64,000 bases of DNA from Bacillota bacterium. Lineage in GTDB: Bacteria > Bacillota > JAAYKD01. The position numbers were made by a program, and so were the translations under genes. Where the stretch lies: contig OY762825.2 of assembly GCA_963666425.2 (NCBI GenBank), forward strand, positions 800,001 through 864,000, in the 5' to 3' direction. The first letter of the stretch is position 1. The number at the start of each line of letters is the position of its first letter. This document shows, piece after piece, positions 29,682-39,945 of this stretch. The notes under the pieces were generated by a model, which was not told where the DNA came from, ran no database searches, and saw nothing but the letters and a program-made list of their open reading frames with translations.

Positions 29682-30176
29682 ATGCAGAAGAAAGCGCTCG
29701 TTATCATCGACATTCAGAACGACATCACAAAAAACTACAGAGAGATCATTGCTAACATCAATAGAGCCATCGACTGGGCTGTTGAGCAGGGAGTTCCGGT
29801 GGTTTATATCAAGCACAATAATCTGTCTGCCGGCACGAGAACGTTTAAACCGGATACACTCGGCGCTGAACTTGTGCCTGAAATGAAGATCGTATCCGAA
29901 CATATCTTCACAAAATCGAAAGGCAACGCTCTGACCTGCGAGGCCTTCGCGGATTTTATCAGCAAGAACGCCATCACAGATCTCTATATAACCGGAGCAG
30001 ATGCAGCCGCCTGTGTTAAATCCACCTGTTTCAATCTGCGCAAATCTGGCTATACTGTGACTGTCCTCTCGGATTGCATCACCAGTTACGATAAGAGTAA
30101 AATTGCTGAGATGCTGCAGTATTACGAGAGTAAAGGCTGTAATCTCATCACCCTTGAGAGTCTGCCGACAAAATGA
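29682..30176 (+). CDS. Isochorismatase-family cysteine hydrolase
   Basis: ALVIIDIQND, FTK, GADAAACV. Confidence 0.85.
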   Translation: MQKKALVIIDIQNDITKNYREIIANINRAIDWAVEQGVPVVYIKHNNLSAGTRTFKPDTLGAELVPEMKIVSEHIFTKSKGNALTCEAFADFISKNAITDLYITGADAAACVKSTCFNLRKSGYTVTVLSDCITSYDKSKIAEMLQYYESKGCNLITLESLPTK

Positions 30177-30284
30177 TCCTAGAATTGCCGAAAATGAGAT
30201 ACATTAATTCAGTTACGGATGGCAGAACTGTTCGCCTATTTGACCTTGAGCTTTCCGACAAAGTATGATATATTGCAGATGCAA

Positions 30285-30385
30285 AATCCTGTTGGGGAGT
30301 AGCAAGCGGACACTTTGTGCGTAACAAGTCAACATACCGGTCGCCATGACCTGGCTTGTTTTAAATTGCGAGACTCATGTATTGG
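30285..30385 (+). ncRNA. yybP-ykoY manganese riboswitch
   Basis: GGGGAGTAGC...GTCAACATAC...GCGAGACTC conserved core upstream of mntP. Confidence 0.85.
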
Positions 30386-30486
30386 CGTAATGCTATACAT
30401 GATGTCTTCCTACCGATGATCAAGACTCAAGTTCAGCACACGCTGGCTTGGGTTTTTGTAATTTATAGGTATAGGAAAACATAAAA

Positions 30487-30780
30487 ATGCAATGGAGCTT
30501 CGTATTTCTTTTCAACAGTATTCTGCTCGGCGTAGGACTGGCTATGGATGCTTTTTCGGTATCCATGGCCAACGGTTTGAATGAACCGAAGATGAAAAAG
30601 CGGAAATTACTCGGTATTGCCGGTGTGTTTGCTGCTTTCAGGCAGTCATGCCGCTGCTCGGTTGGATTTGTGTTCATACCGTTGTCCAATGTTTTACGGT
30701 GTTTGAAAAATTCATTCCGTAGATCTCACTTGTGCTGCTTGGTTTTATCGGCGGAAAAATGCTCATCGAAGGGATTTGAA
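30487..30780 (+). pseudogene. mntP: Manganese efflux pump MntP pseudogene
   Basis: GLAMDAFSVS; frameshift near 30640 to AVMPLLGW, a stop codon, then LLGFIGGKMLIEG; truncated by the DinB duplicate. Confidence 0.85.
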
Positions 30781-31079
30781 ACAAGGATTTTGCCGCCAAG
30801 CTCCCCTATGGCAAATGGATCGACGCCACGGCTGAGAATCTTCCTGATCGAAATGAATTTCTTGCCTACTTCGACGGCGTACTCAGCAGGGCTGAGAAGG
30901 TTTTGTCCACTCTTAACGACGACATCCTGATCTCAGCGATTGAGCCGGAACGGACCTGGGTAGGCGCGAGCCAGATGGGGATGCACTTGTATATAATGCG
31001 GGAGTTATCCGACCATACAGGTGAACTGAATAAAATGTTGATCGAAGATGGTGGACAGGATGTCTGGATCGCCAGATAA
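30781..31079 (+). repeat. Near-identical partial copy of the DinB-like gene (28469-28767)
   Basis: ACAAGGATTTTGCCGCCAA...GGATCGCCAGATAA repeated with a few substitutions and an indel. Confidence 0.92.
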
Positions 31080-31109
31080 TTCGATCCCCCCTCTTCAACC
31101 GTGGCAGCC

Positions 31110-31344
31110 GGCTCCGATGGCTCGCTCACCCTTAACAGGCCCACAGATTTCAAGAATGATAATTGTTCTTCTTTTATAGCTTCTCGAATTTGTTTTTGAA
31201 TCTACTCCTCCGTTACCTGTGCATTTTTAGCCACCGTATCTACTTAGAATTTGCGCTCAGCAGATGTACTTTAAAAACACCTCCCATAGTAAACTGACTG
31301 TGGTTTTGCAACGACAGCTTGTTCACCATGGAAGGTGTTTTTTT
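31110..31344 (-). mobile_element. Degenerate IS200/IS605 tnpA remnant with end hairpin
   Basis: Translates VDTVAKNAQVTEE*IQKQIREAIKEEQLSF, resembling the TnpA(Y1) C-terminus; hairpin at 31273-31344. Confidence 0.5.
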
Positions 31345-31564
31345 ATTGGATGACAAAACGAGTGAAATCTGATTGAAACCTTAATCACCAAGAATTTGAA
31401 AGCGTCATTTGATTATTTCTACTCTATGATATCATAAATGTGCAACAGTAGCCAATCTTGTCAGGTTATGTGCAGCAAAATATCTTTCAAAGGAGATGCT
31501 GATTGACATAATAATTTCCTGCTACTGCAACATTAAATGAATCAACCCGGTATTTTTTTTGGCA

Positions 31565-32299
31565 TTATAGTAAAGTAAACAGGTATCCAGAGCCTACCAT
31601 GATGACATTACTGAAGCTATGCATCAAGATTGGATAAATAATACTTCGGCTTTTTTGATATGTTACCCCTTGTACGGTTCCAAGGGCAAATGCGTAAACC
31701 AATTGGAAATAGTCAGCTTGAACAGTAAACGGTGCCAATGACCACTTAATATGGGCGATTGAGAACAGCAGAGATGCCAGAATTACTTCCAATGTAATGA
31801 GCTTATGCACTTTGATGCTCTTGCCAAAAATGTAAAGAAACATGGTGACAGGTAATGCCCGGAATAGAATTTCTTCGGATGGCCCACTTAAAAAAAGCTG
31901 AAATCCCAATGTACCGGCAACATTGTTTCTATTTAAAGGAAAATCATAGACGGGTATTTGCTTTGTTATATGCGTAAACGCATACATAATGACTGCAATG
32001 ATAAGAAAAGATCCAGTAAATACTGACAAGTATTTCAGACCTGTTTTTTTATCCCCGAAGCCGAAATTGAAATTGATTTTTAACAGTTTGCTCAAAACAC
32101 CAATAACCACTAACGTTAGCAGCATCTGAACAAAATGATGAACAGAGACGGAGGCGAATTTATTGTAGGGATCTATCTGCTTGTATGAAAGCATGGCGGC
32201 AAAATAGCTTCCAAGCATACCGGCAAAAACCTGAAACCCAAACAATGCCAAGAAAAACAAGCAGCTGCCCAACAGGTTCTTTTTCGTCTGTCTTTCCAT
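31565..32299 (-). CDS. CPBP/CAAX (Abi) intramembrane metalloprotease
   Basis: SEEILFR, FSIAH, ILMHSFSN. Confidence 0.9.
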   Translation of the reverse strand: MERQTKKNLLGSCLFFLALFGFQVFAGMLGSYFAAMLSYKQIDPYNKFASVSVHHFVQMLLTLVVIGVLSKLLKINFNFGFGDKKTGLKYLSVFTGSFLIIAVIMYAFTHITKQIPVYDFPLNRNNVAGTLGFQLFLSGPSEEILFRALPVTMFLYIFGKSIKVHKLITLEVILASLLFSIAHIKWSLAPFTVQADYFQLVYAFALGTVQGVTYQKSRSIIYPILMHSFSNVIMVGSGYLFTLL

Positions 32300-32439
32300 T
32301 TTTAACTCCTCTCACGAATTGTGGATTTCAATTTCTGTTACTAAAATAGAGTTATTCGGAGGTTTTTGTTTATCGCTACCAACGATACAGCTACCAACGA
32401 TATACCCGTAATGAAAATTCCTGAAACAGTGAATTCTCC

Positions 32440-33018
32440 CTAATTCAAATAGCAATCAATGATTTGATCAATCAGATTTTCACGCTGCTGCCGATTATTA
32501 AAATCGATCCCGGTTTCGATTTTCAGTGATGCACTTCGTAAAAATAACGATTGAAGTGTTAAAATCATCAAATAAGTCCTTTGCTTTATCTCTTGATCCT
32601 CTGCCTGATTGGAGAAAGCCCGCCGCACCAAAGGAGAAAAAGCGGCGATTGTTTGGGATGTGTTATCGTTTTGATTTACGGCGGTTAAATCAGCTAGGAT
32701 AGAGATTCGCGCTATATTCTCATGCGTCACAAGGAACTCGCACGTATACTTAACTATCCAGCGCAGTTTTTCTACCGGAGTCATTTCCGGAAGCGTCTTG
32801 TAAACATCGCCAGCTTGCTTGATTACCTCGCTGATCATTTCCTGAACACACTGAGCAATTAGATTTTCTTTTGTTTGGAAGTGATAATTCACCAAACCGG
32901 CTCCGATTCCTATGCGATTACAGATCTCACGAATGGTGATTTCAGCAGGGTTGCTCCCTTTTTCTCGAATCAGTTCAATTGTAGATTGCATAATCTCATG
33001 CTTGACATTTTTCCGCAT
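32440..33018 (-). CDS. TetR/AcrR-family regulator
   Basis: ITIREIC...GLVNYHFQTKENL. Confidence 0.92.
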   Translation of the reverse strand: MRKNVKHEIMQSTIELIREKGSNPAEITIREICNRIGIGAGLVNYHFQTKENLIAQCVQEMISEVIKQAGDVYKTLPEMTPVEKLRWIVKYTCEFLVTHENIARISILADLTAVNQNDNTSQTIAAFSPLVRRAFSNQAEDQEIKQRTYLMILTLQSLFLRSASLKIETGIDFNNRQQRENLIDQIIDCYLN

Positions 33019-33038
33019 ACCGATTGTTCTCCTTTGCC

Positions 33039-33404
33039 TTATTTCGTTATGAGAAAGCTGAACCTGGCTATGACCGATTTCGCAAACATGGCGAGCGCTA
33101 AAACAATCAAAGCGGTTTGTGGATTTTCCAGCTTTGGTATACTCCAGTGCAGCAGTTGTGTTAAAAAAGCTGCCATTGCAATTGCACCTAAGAGATATCC
33201 CAAAATTGATAACGGGTGAGCCGGAGCGGCGGAAATAAACTTCCCAACACTAAGTATACACAGCAACATTCCAATGATGCCAAGTGTCAGGGTTGCCGAT
33301 CGTGCTCCTTGTATGAACAGAAAGTTTCTACCGGATAAGCCGGCGAAGACCAAGACAATCACGATGACTGCTTCAAAAATAAGAATAGAAATATTCCTCA
33401 TCAA
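33039..33404 (-). CDS. Small four-TM membrane protein
   Basis: Hydrophobic ORF with AAGGAG RBS; upstream palindrome TGAACGTTGTTCA (likely TetR operator). Confidence 0.7.
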   Translation of the reverse strand: MMRNISILIFEAVIVIVLVFAGLSGRNFLFIQGARSATLTLGIIGMLLCILSVGKFISAAPAHPLSILGYLLGAIAMAAFLTQLLHWSIPKLENPQTALIVLALAMFAKSVIARFSFLITK

Positions 33405-33604
33405 TTTTGCTCCTTTTCATTTATTGAACATAGTACTGAACGTTGTTCAATTATATCCGATTTGCTAGAATATGTCAATAGCATTTTGAGCTGAGTAGCA
33501 AAAAGCAGAGCCATCCTATTCGATGGCTCTGACTCTGTCTTATTTGCTTAATTTAGATGCAAGTAATAAATTTTTTTAGTAAAATATTCATGATTTACTT
33601 AAAG

Positions 33605-34150
33605 TTATTGCGCATAAAAACCGCTGACGAAATCAGTATCATTTAACTTACTTTGAACACTTTTATTCCAAGCTTCTTTATCTAAAAGTGATGACAAATC
33701 ATTGCCGAAGGAATTTTGTATCTTCTCCCTGGTAAACACAAATGTGTTTCCGGAAAATTGATATGTAATTTGTTGAAGATTATCAATCAATGCCATGGCC
33801 ACAGTTGAATTGTATATTAAGTCCCTGTGTACTTTATCTTCTCCGATATTCCATACCGTATCAAGATAATTGACAGTAAGATAGCAATCATTAGGGTTAA
33901 TTTCGAATTTCATAGAGATAGTATGTAATGGCAAATGGCAAAAAAGATTAGCGACATTGCTGCTATCGCCGATATAAGCGCTTTTGTAATTCAATACGCT
34001 TTCAATATCGTGCTGGAGAGAATCGTTTTGATTAGCGTTGTATTGCTCTTGCTTTGCATTGTTGTGCGGAATGATTACAAATTGCACGACGCAAAATGCC
34101 AAGACGCCGATTACAAGCAAAGCAACTATAATTTTGTTCTTATTATTCAT
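33605..34150 (-). CDS. DUF4825-like membrane-anchored protein
   Basis: YKSAYIGDSSNV...LPL...LTVNY...ALIDNL. Confidence 0.75.
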   Translation of the reverse strand: MNNKNKIIVALLVIGVLAFCVVQFVIIPHNNAKQEQYNANQNDSLQHDIESVLNYKSAYIGDSSNVANLFCHLPLHTISMKFEINPNDCYLTVNYLDTVWNIGEDKVHRDLIYNSTVAMALIDNLQQITYQFSGNTFVFTREKIQNSFGNDLSSLLDKEAWNKSVQSKLNDTDFVSGFYAQ

Positions 34151-34808
34151 CTTTATCTTTCCTTTCATTCTTCGCTAAAATTTCTGGAAACCTGCCTATG
34201 GCAATAGGTATTAGTATTGTAGTGGCGGGTATATAATATCTAGCCGCTATTGATGCAAATTGGTAAGGGCCTGTAATTTGTATGGGCCGTGCAAACCAAA
34301 TGTTGCTGGCAAACATTATGGCGCTTATTGTTACCGTAAATACGACAAAGAAAATCAGCCAAATGATCCAGGTCGTTCTGCGAATAGTCTTATACCGAAA
34401 CCAGTTTATAAACGCAATCTCATCCTGATTATGCTTTTTACTGTTCAGGTAAGAAATTCCCAAAGCCACCATAAACAAGAATGTGATTACTGAAAAAGGC
34501 ATAGCTCCCATAATAATCGTTGGTATAGACAGAATCCAAAGGATGATTGCATAAAGCAAGAGAGTCTGCTGGCACTCTGCCTGAAAGCGGTTAATATAGG
34601 TCAATTGATTGCCTTCGATAATATTATCAATTGATAAAATGCTTTCTTTTGTTTTTGCGATTGCTTGGTCTTCCGAATAACCCTGATCTATTAAATCCTG
34701 TTTTTTTGCCACCAGATTGCTATATATCTCGTCCTTTAAATCCCGTATTTTTGCGGTTTGCTGCTGATGCGCGAACAAAACCTCCGTATAGTTTTTTAAT
34801 TCATCCAT
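34143..34808 (-). CDS. Permease-prefix-domain membrane protein (PadR-associated)
   Basis: DLKDEIYSNL...GYSEDQAI followed by TM helices. Confidence 0.75.
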   Translation of the reverse strand: MDELKNYTEVLFAHQQQTAKIRDLKDEIYSNLVAKKQDLIDQGYSEDQAIAKTKESILSIDNIIEGNQLTYINRFQAECQQTLLLYAIILWILSIPTIIMGAMPFSVITFLFMVALGISYLNSKKHNQDEIAFINWFRYKTIRRTTWIIWLIFFVVFTVTISAIMFASNIWFARPIQITGPYQFASIAARYYIPATTILIPIAIGRFPEILAKNERKDKDE

Positions 34809-35154
34809 TTGCTTTCCCACCTTTGAATAATATCGCATTGATAATTTTCTGTGCCGTTAGCCATTGCTGAATGGATCTATCTAATTCAGTTTCACCGGTT
34901 TCGGTAATGTGGTAATATTTCCGCCTGCCTCCCTGGGATTCTTCCCCCCAATAACTTTTAATTAGATTGTCTTTCTCAAGCCGTTTTAAGCTCGTATAAA
35001 GCGATGGTTCTTTTAGTTCATATTCCTTATCGCTTTTTTGCGATATTGATTTGATTATTTCGTAGCCGTAGTTATCACCGTCACGCAAAACCGTCAATAT
35101 GATTGTATCTATATGGCCTCGGATTAAGTCGCTGCTGATACTGTCAATAGGCAT
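34801..35154 (-). CDS. PadR-family transcriptional regulator
   Basis: LIRGHID, YGYEI, SLYTSLKRLE, RRKYYHITETG; promoter TTGACA-17-TACAAT upstream. Confidence 0.92.
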   Translation of the reverse strand: MPIDSISSDLIRGHIDTIILTVLRDGDNYGYEIIKSISQKSDKEYELKEPSLYTSLKRLEKDNLIKSYWGEESQGGRRKYYHITETGETELDRSIQQWLTAQKIINAILFKGGKANG

Positions 35155-35324
35155 TATAATCACTCCTCCTTCCAACTGTATTGTATAACATATTACTATG
35201 TGTGTCAATGTAATATTGCAAAAATAGGAGCTGTAGCAAAAAATCAGAAAATTGCTACAGCTCCTGTGCATATCTCACCTTGTCAACGCTGGTTTGAATT
35301 TGACCCAAAACGCCAGTTGAGAAA

Positions 35325-35953
35325 TGATCCAACGAAGGTCAGAACCGGTGGTTTTACTTGCAGTAGAAAAAGCCCGCGTAATGGGTAAACCAGAGATGTT
35401 GAACTCGAATCAGGACAGCCAATTTATCTGTCATGGTTACACCGATTTTCTAAAAATCAACCAGATTCAGGTCAGTTTGGATGGAAAAGAACACCGGGCG
35501 GACGATATTCTGATCGAATGTTGGTTCCGCACGCGGAAGAATGAAACGGTTATCTGAAAGAGTATCTCAATGTAAGAGAATTCAGGTAACAAATAACTGC
35601 TTTTGTCGCTACCTACAATGACGAGCGCTTACACTCTGCCTTGAACTACCAAGTTTTTGCAAAAGTTTACCGAACCTACTCAATTGAAAAAGGGCGCCTG
35701 ATCCACCGCCGATCTTGACCCTGCCAGTGTAGATATTCCGGCTTTCTTGCGGGCGAGACGGGGTTATGATTGATGGTTTCTCTTGCACGCTTAAACTACT
35801 TTATCATTTAAACTGTAGCAGCCTTAAGGTTACCCTACCGGCGGCTACGGAATTCGGATTATAAATAATCACGAGCAAACAAAATTGCGATTTACCATTA
35901 TCTGGTTCGTCAAGAAACATTTTTTTATGTGTCTTGCAAACCGAATCTTTATA
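35325..35953 (+). mobile_element. Degenerate 3' half of the IS3-family element at 48751-50247, in inverted orientation
   Basis: KPEMLNSNQDSQF...DDILIECWFRT with stops and frameshifts; ~250-nt 3' non-coding end similar to 48751-49000. Confidence 0.88.
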
Positions 35954-36446
35954 GTCGCCGGATTAACAGTTGTCTATTCTTGAACCCCTTGTGGGATTTG
36001 GATTGTTTTAAAAAAACTGCTGTTCCTCTGTCACATAGATAAAATTATACAAGCTCCAAAGAATCCTTTTAGGCAACCTGTTAGCAAGAACCCTCTCTCG
36101 AACATTGGAATGCTTCGATTGAATCAACCGATACCGATTGCGGTTGATATTATCGCGCTTGCTTGTTCAGTCCGTGCGTCTTGCGCACGATAGGTAATTG
36201 CACAACGATTGTTTACTATAGATTGTCTGGAGCTTTTTCCTATATCTAATATACCTCTGCCAATGTAATTTCAAAAGGTGAAAATGTATAGTTTAAGCAG
36301 GGAGTTTGTATGGTTTTGGGATAGTGAGAAGTTTAGTTTTCAATATTGGCTTTTACGACAATCTCTTTCCATAAGACCGTAGTTTATGGTTGAATACAAT
36401 TCATATAAACACCGAATTTCGATAAAAAAATACAACAAAATTACAT

Positions 36447-36478
36447 GAGTCGGTAGAAGGTTGCCCTTCTGCCGACTC
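36447..36478 (-). terminator. Hairpin downstream of the surface-protein genes
   Basis: GAGTCGG(T/C)AGAAGG...CCTTCT(G/A)CCGACTC. Confidence 0.6.
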
Positions 36479-36570
36479 GGCATAGCAGTGAAGATTACCT
36501 TGCTTCAGACAACATACATCTATAGATTGTATCTTATGCGGACTTCAATCCAGTATGATTCGTCAAATGT

Positions 36571-39500
36571 CTATGCGTAATAGATAGCCATTTGTAAATC
36601 AAATGTGTTTGTAAACCCTTGGCCGACTAATACTGCACTCATGGTGGCAGGATCAAAATAAGCCAGATCTATCCTAAGTAACGCTGAATTGTTAGTTAAC
36701 AAGTCATATATAGTACTTTCTGTGGCGGCATTGATTGCAGCTAACGCTATTTCAGCGGTCGGTGCATTGGTTACTGCCTCGTTGAAAGCAGTGTGCAATG
36801 CTGCGAGACTATAGTACCCACTTATAAAATTTGGTTGGGATACTAAATAACCATGAACTATTTCCTGTTGCGCTGGTGATAATGAAGCATAAGCTGTTAA
36901 ATCCAGTCCCAATGCAGCTGCATTGTCAGTGATTACCATTGCAATCGTATCCATCCCGGCAATGTTGAACGGGTCTATGAATGTGATTGTGAGGTCATAT
37001 AAGATTGCATCAAGTGCTAATTGTAAATCATAGGAGTTTGTAAATATCTGCGCATCCAGTGCTGTATTAATAGTGAGCGGATCGCCATAAAGAGTATAAC
37101 TATCGAGATTTATCCCAAGCAGAACTGCATTATTAGCTAAAATCCCACTTATCGTGTCCACGGTGGCAGTATTAATTTCAGCTAACACGATTAAAGCCGC
37201 CGGCGCGTTGAGCACTGCCGCAGCTAACGCTGCTTGTACTTGTGCGGCATTTGCATAATAAACTCCCACAGTTGTTGGTAACAGCAGGTACCCATTTACT
37301 ATTAGTTGCTCCTCCGGTGATAATAAATTGTAAAACGTTAAATCCAGAGCCAAAGCGGATGCACTGGCTTCAAGTGCAGCACCCATAGTATCCACTGTAG
37401 CATAATTGATTGGGTCAAGTATAGCCGATGCTAAAGCAAGATCAAAAGCGCCCCTAATATCTGCTAATATGGTGAATGTCGGAGCGTAAATTATTGCTTG
37501 CTGGACTTGGTATTGCTGATCTAGAGTCAGGAGTTTGTATGCTGTCAGATTCAACCCGATGGCATCTCCGAACTGAAGTATAAATCCGGGTATGTATGTC
37601 ATTGTTCGTCCCAGATTGAAGTTATTTAGAATATTCGCTTCGTTTGTCACAGTAACAAAACATGATGCAGTAATACTGCCGTCAACTGTTGTTACAGTTA
37701 CGGTTGAGATTCCCATGCCTACCCCGGTGATGACACCATTGACCACGGTTACAGGGTTCAAAGAACCCGCTGCCGACCAAGATACATTCTTGTTTGGTGC
37801 GTCGTTTGGCAAAACTGTTGCAATCAGTGTATCGGTCATTCCAAGCAGCACTGATGTTGTTGTTTTATTCAGCGTAACAATTAAAATATTTATAATGTAC
37901 GTCGTAGTCTTTCCACCGACAGTAATCGTCAGTGTCTGGCCAATAAGCGGCGTTGTGCTATCGAAGCCGGTTATATTCGCCGCTGTAATTGTCTCAACCC
38001 TTGTGCTGTTATCACTATATGTACCGATGACAACAAGACCTGTTAGGCTGAGCACATCACCAGCTTTGTAGGTGGTTTTTGTTGCAGGTGTTGTGATGAC
38101 GATGCTAACTAATGTCGCTGGGTTTGTAGTGAAGGTCAAGGTTGTATCCAGACTAGCCGGATATCCATTCATAAAATCCTCAGCGTAACGAACGAGCAGC
38201 GTATGGTTTCCATTGAAGTCTAGGGCATTAAATGCAATGTCTGGACCAAAGAAACCATTGTACATCACGTATCCATTTCCATCATAGTTATATTCCATCG
38301 CAGACGTCATGCCTGTGACTGTATTTGTGACATCATCATTTGTCACCGCTGGTCCAGGTCTTGCCGGATTAGTAGTAAAAGTTAAGGTCGTCACCAAACT
38401 GGCTGGAATAGCCTCAACTGCCGCATAACGAACGAGCAGTATATGGTTTCCATTGAAGTCCAAGCTGCCAAAACTAAAACTAAACATCTCGTACATCACA
38501 TAACCGGTTCCGTCATAATTGTATTCCATTCCGACAGCCATTCCTGCGACTGTGTTTGCAACATCATCATTAGTCACCAGCGGTGCTGGTGGGGCTACTG
38601 GGTTTGTTGTAAAGATTAACGTTGCGACTGGCCCGGTTGGGTCTGAAATTAATCTTACCAATATGGTATGTTCTCCGCTTAAGTCCAATGCATCAAAAAT
38701 GCTTGCATCATATGGAACATACCCTACACCATCTAGGTTGTATTCCATGGCCGTCGTCATACCTGTGACAGTGTTTGCTGTATCATCTCTGGTAACAGCT
38801 GGCCCAGGGTTAGCAGTAAAGGTCAATATTGTATCGATACTAGGCAAAGACCAATTCATGCCATCCGCCCAGTAGCGCACGAGCAGTGTATGATCTCCGT
38901 TGAAGTCCAGATTCCCCCATGCAGGTCCAAACGGATCGTATACCACATAGGATGCTCCGTCATAACTATACTCCATTGCAGTTGTCATACCTGTGACAAT
39001 GTTTGCAACATCATCTCTTGTTACAGATGGTCCAGGTCTTTGAGTGAAAATCAATGTCGTAACCGGCCCTGTTGGGTCTGCAACATACCTAACCAGGAGT
39101 GTATGTGCGCCTTCAAAATTGAGGCTACCAAAGATAAAGTTCCCCTCATCGTACTGAACGTAGGTTGCTCCGTCAAAACTGTATTCCATTGCTGTCGTCA
39201 TTCCACTTACCATGTCTGTAACGTCATTATTTGTTACCGGTGGCCCGGGGTTAGTAGTAAAGGTTAATGTTGTGTCAGCACTTGGCGGATTAATTCCTTC
39301 TGCGGCTACTCTTACAAGTAAAGTGTGCTCTCCACTGAAGTCTATCAAGCCAAATGAGGTTGAATCATATGCTACATAACCAGGTGCTGCATCTAACTTG
39401 TATTCCATTGCTGTTGACATGCTGCTTACTGTGTTTGCAATATCGTCCATTGTTACGGATGGTGCTGGGGGAATTACAGGTATTGATGCGATTACAATGT

Positions 39501-39903
39501 TCAACCGATCCTGTAGTGCTGTTTTGTCTGTGCCGTTTGGCAGAGCAGTGATCAACGCTTGGGCTGCATCAGCATCCGCTTGTAGATGGCTACCCTCCGC
39601 CGTTACAACAGCCGCTGTTGCTTGAATGGAAGCAACGGCTTGTACAAAAGTCATACCCAAAATGGTTCTATTGTTTATTTCTTGTGCATTATATCGGGTT
39701 CCGTCTAGACCTTCTATTTCATAACCGCCTAAGTTTGCTGCGACAAAATCAAACACATCAGGTCTATCGATAAATTGGTTAAATGTGTAATTCTTGGTAT
39801 TATCCGCACTGTATGTCAAATCAAACGGTGCTGCAAGGGCAATTGATGTCGAACTTAACAATAATGTTAAAGTGAATGTGATAGCTATAATTATCTTTTT
39901 CAT
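36571..39903 (-). CDS. Large secreted repeat surface protein (six ~75-aa VTxDDxxNTVxGMTTAMEY repeats, Ig-like domains, helical C-terminal repeats)
   Basis: Signal peptide, internal repeats, Big_3-like and Big_2-like segments; no LPXTG or SLH motif seen. Confidence 0.75.
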   Translation of the reverse strand: MKKIIIAITFTLTLLLSSTSIALAAPFDLTYSADNTKNYTFNQFIDRPDVFDFVAANLGGYEIEGLDGTRYNAQEINNRTILGMTFVQAVASIQATAAVVTAEGSHLQADADAAQALITALPNGTDKTALQDRLNIVIASIPVIPPAPSVTMDDIANTVSSMSTAMEYKLDAAPGYVAYDSTSFGLIDFSGEHTLLVRVAAEGINPPSADTTLTFTTNPGPPVTNNDVTDMVSGMTTAMEYSFDGATYVQYDEGNFIFGSLNFEGAHTLLVRYVADPTGPVTTLIFTQRPGPSVTRDDVANIVTGMTTAMEYSYDGASYVVYDPFGPAWGNLDFNGDHTLLVRYWADGMNWSLPSIDTILTFTANPGPAVTRDDTANTVTGMTTAMEYNLDGVGYVPYDASIFDALDLSGEHTILVRLISDPTGPVATLIFTTNPVAPPAPLVTNDDVANTVAGMAVGMEYNYDGTGYVMYEMFSFSFGSLDFNGNHILLVRYAAVEAIPASLVTTLTFTTNPARPGPAVTNDDVTNTVTGMTSAMEYNYDGNGYVMYNGFFGPDIAFNALDFNGNHTLLVRYAEDFMNGYPASLDTTLTFTTNPATLVSIVITTPATKTTYKAGDVLSLTGLVVIGTYSDNSTRVETITAANITGFDSTTPLIGQTLTITVGGKTTTYIINILIVTLNKTTTSVLLGMTDTLIATVLPNDAPNKNVSWSAAGSLNPVTVVNGVITGVGMGISTVTVTTVDGSITASCFVTVTNEANILNNFNLGRTMTYIPGFILQFGDAIGLNLTAYKLLTLDQQYQVQQAIIYAPTFTILADIRGAFDLALASAILDPINYATVDTMGAALEASASALALDLTFYNLLSPEEQLIVNGYLLLPTTVGVYYANAAQVQAALAAAVLNAPAALIVLAEINTATVDTISGILANNAVLLGINLDSYTLYGDPLTINTALDAQIFTNSYDLQLALDAILYDLTITFIDPFNIAGMDTIAMVITDNAAALGLDLTAYASLSPAQQEIVHGYLVSQPNFISGYYSLAALHTAFNEAVTNAPTAEIALAAINAATESTIYDLLTNNSALLRIDLAYFDPATMSAVLVGQGFTNTFDLQMAIYYA

Positions 39904-39945
39904 TTGAATCCTCCTACTTTTTTAATTATGCAATTTTCGACATCT

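Noticed and set aside
36447-36560. Possible group II intron 3' remnant
   Set aside because: The hairpin vaguely resembles domain VI, but there is no domain V or RT sequence; kept as a terminator
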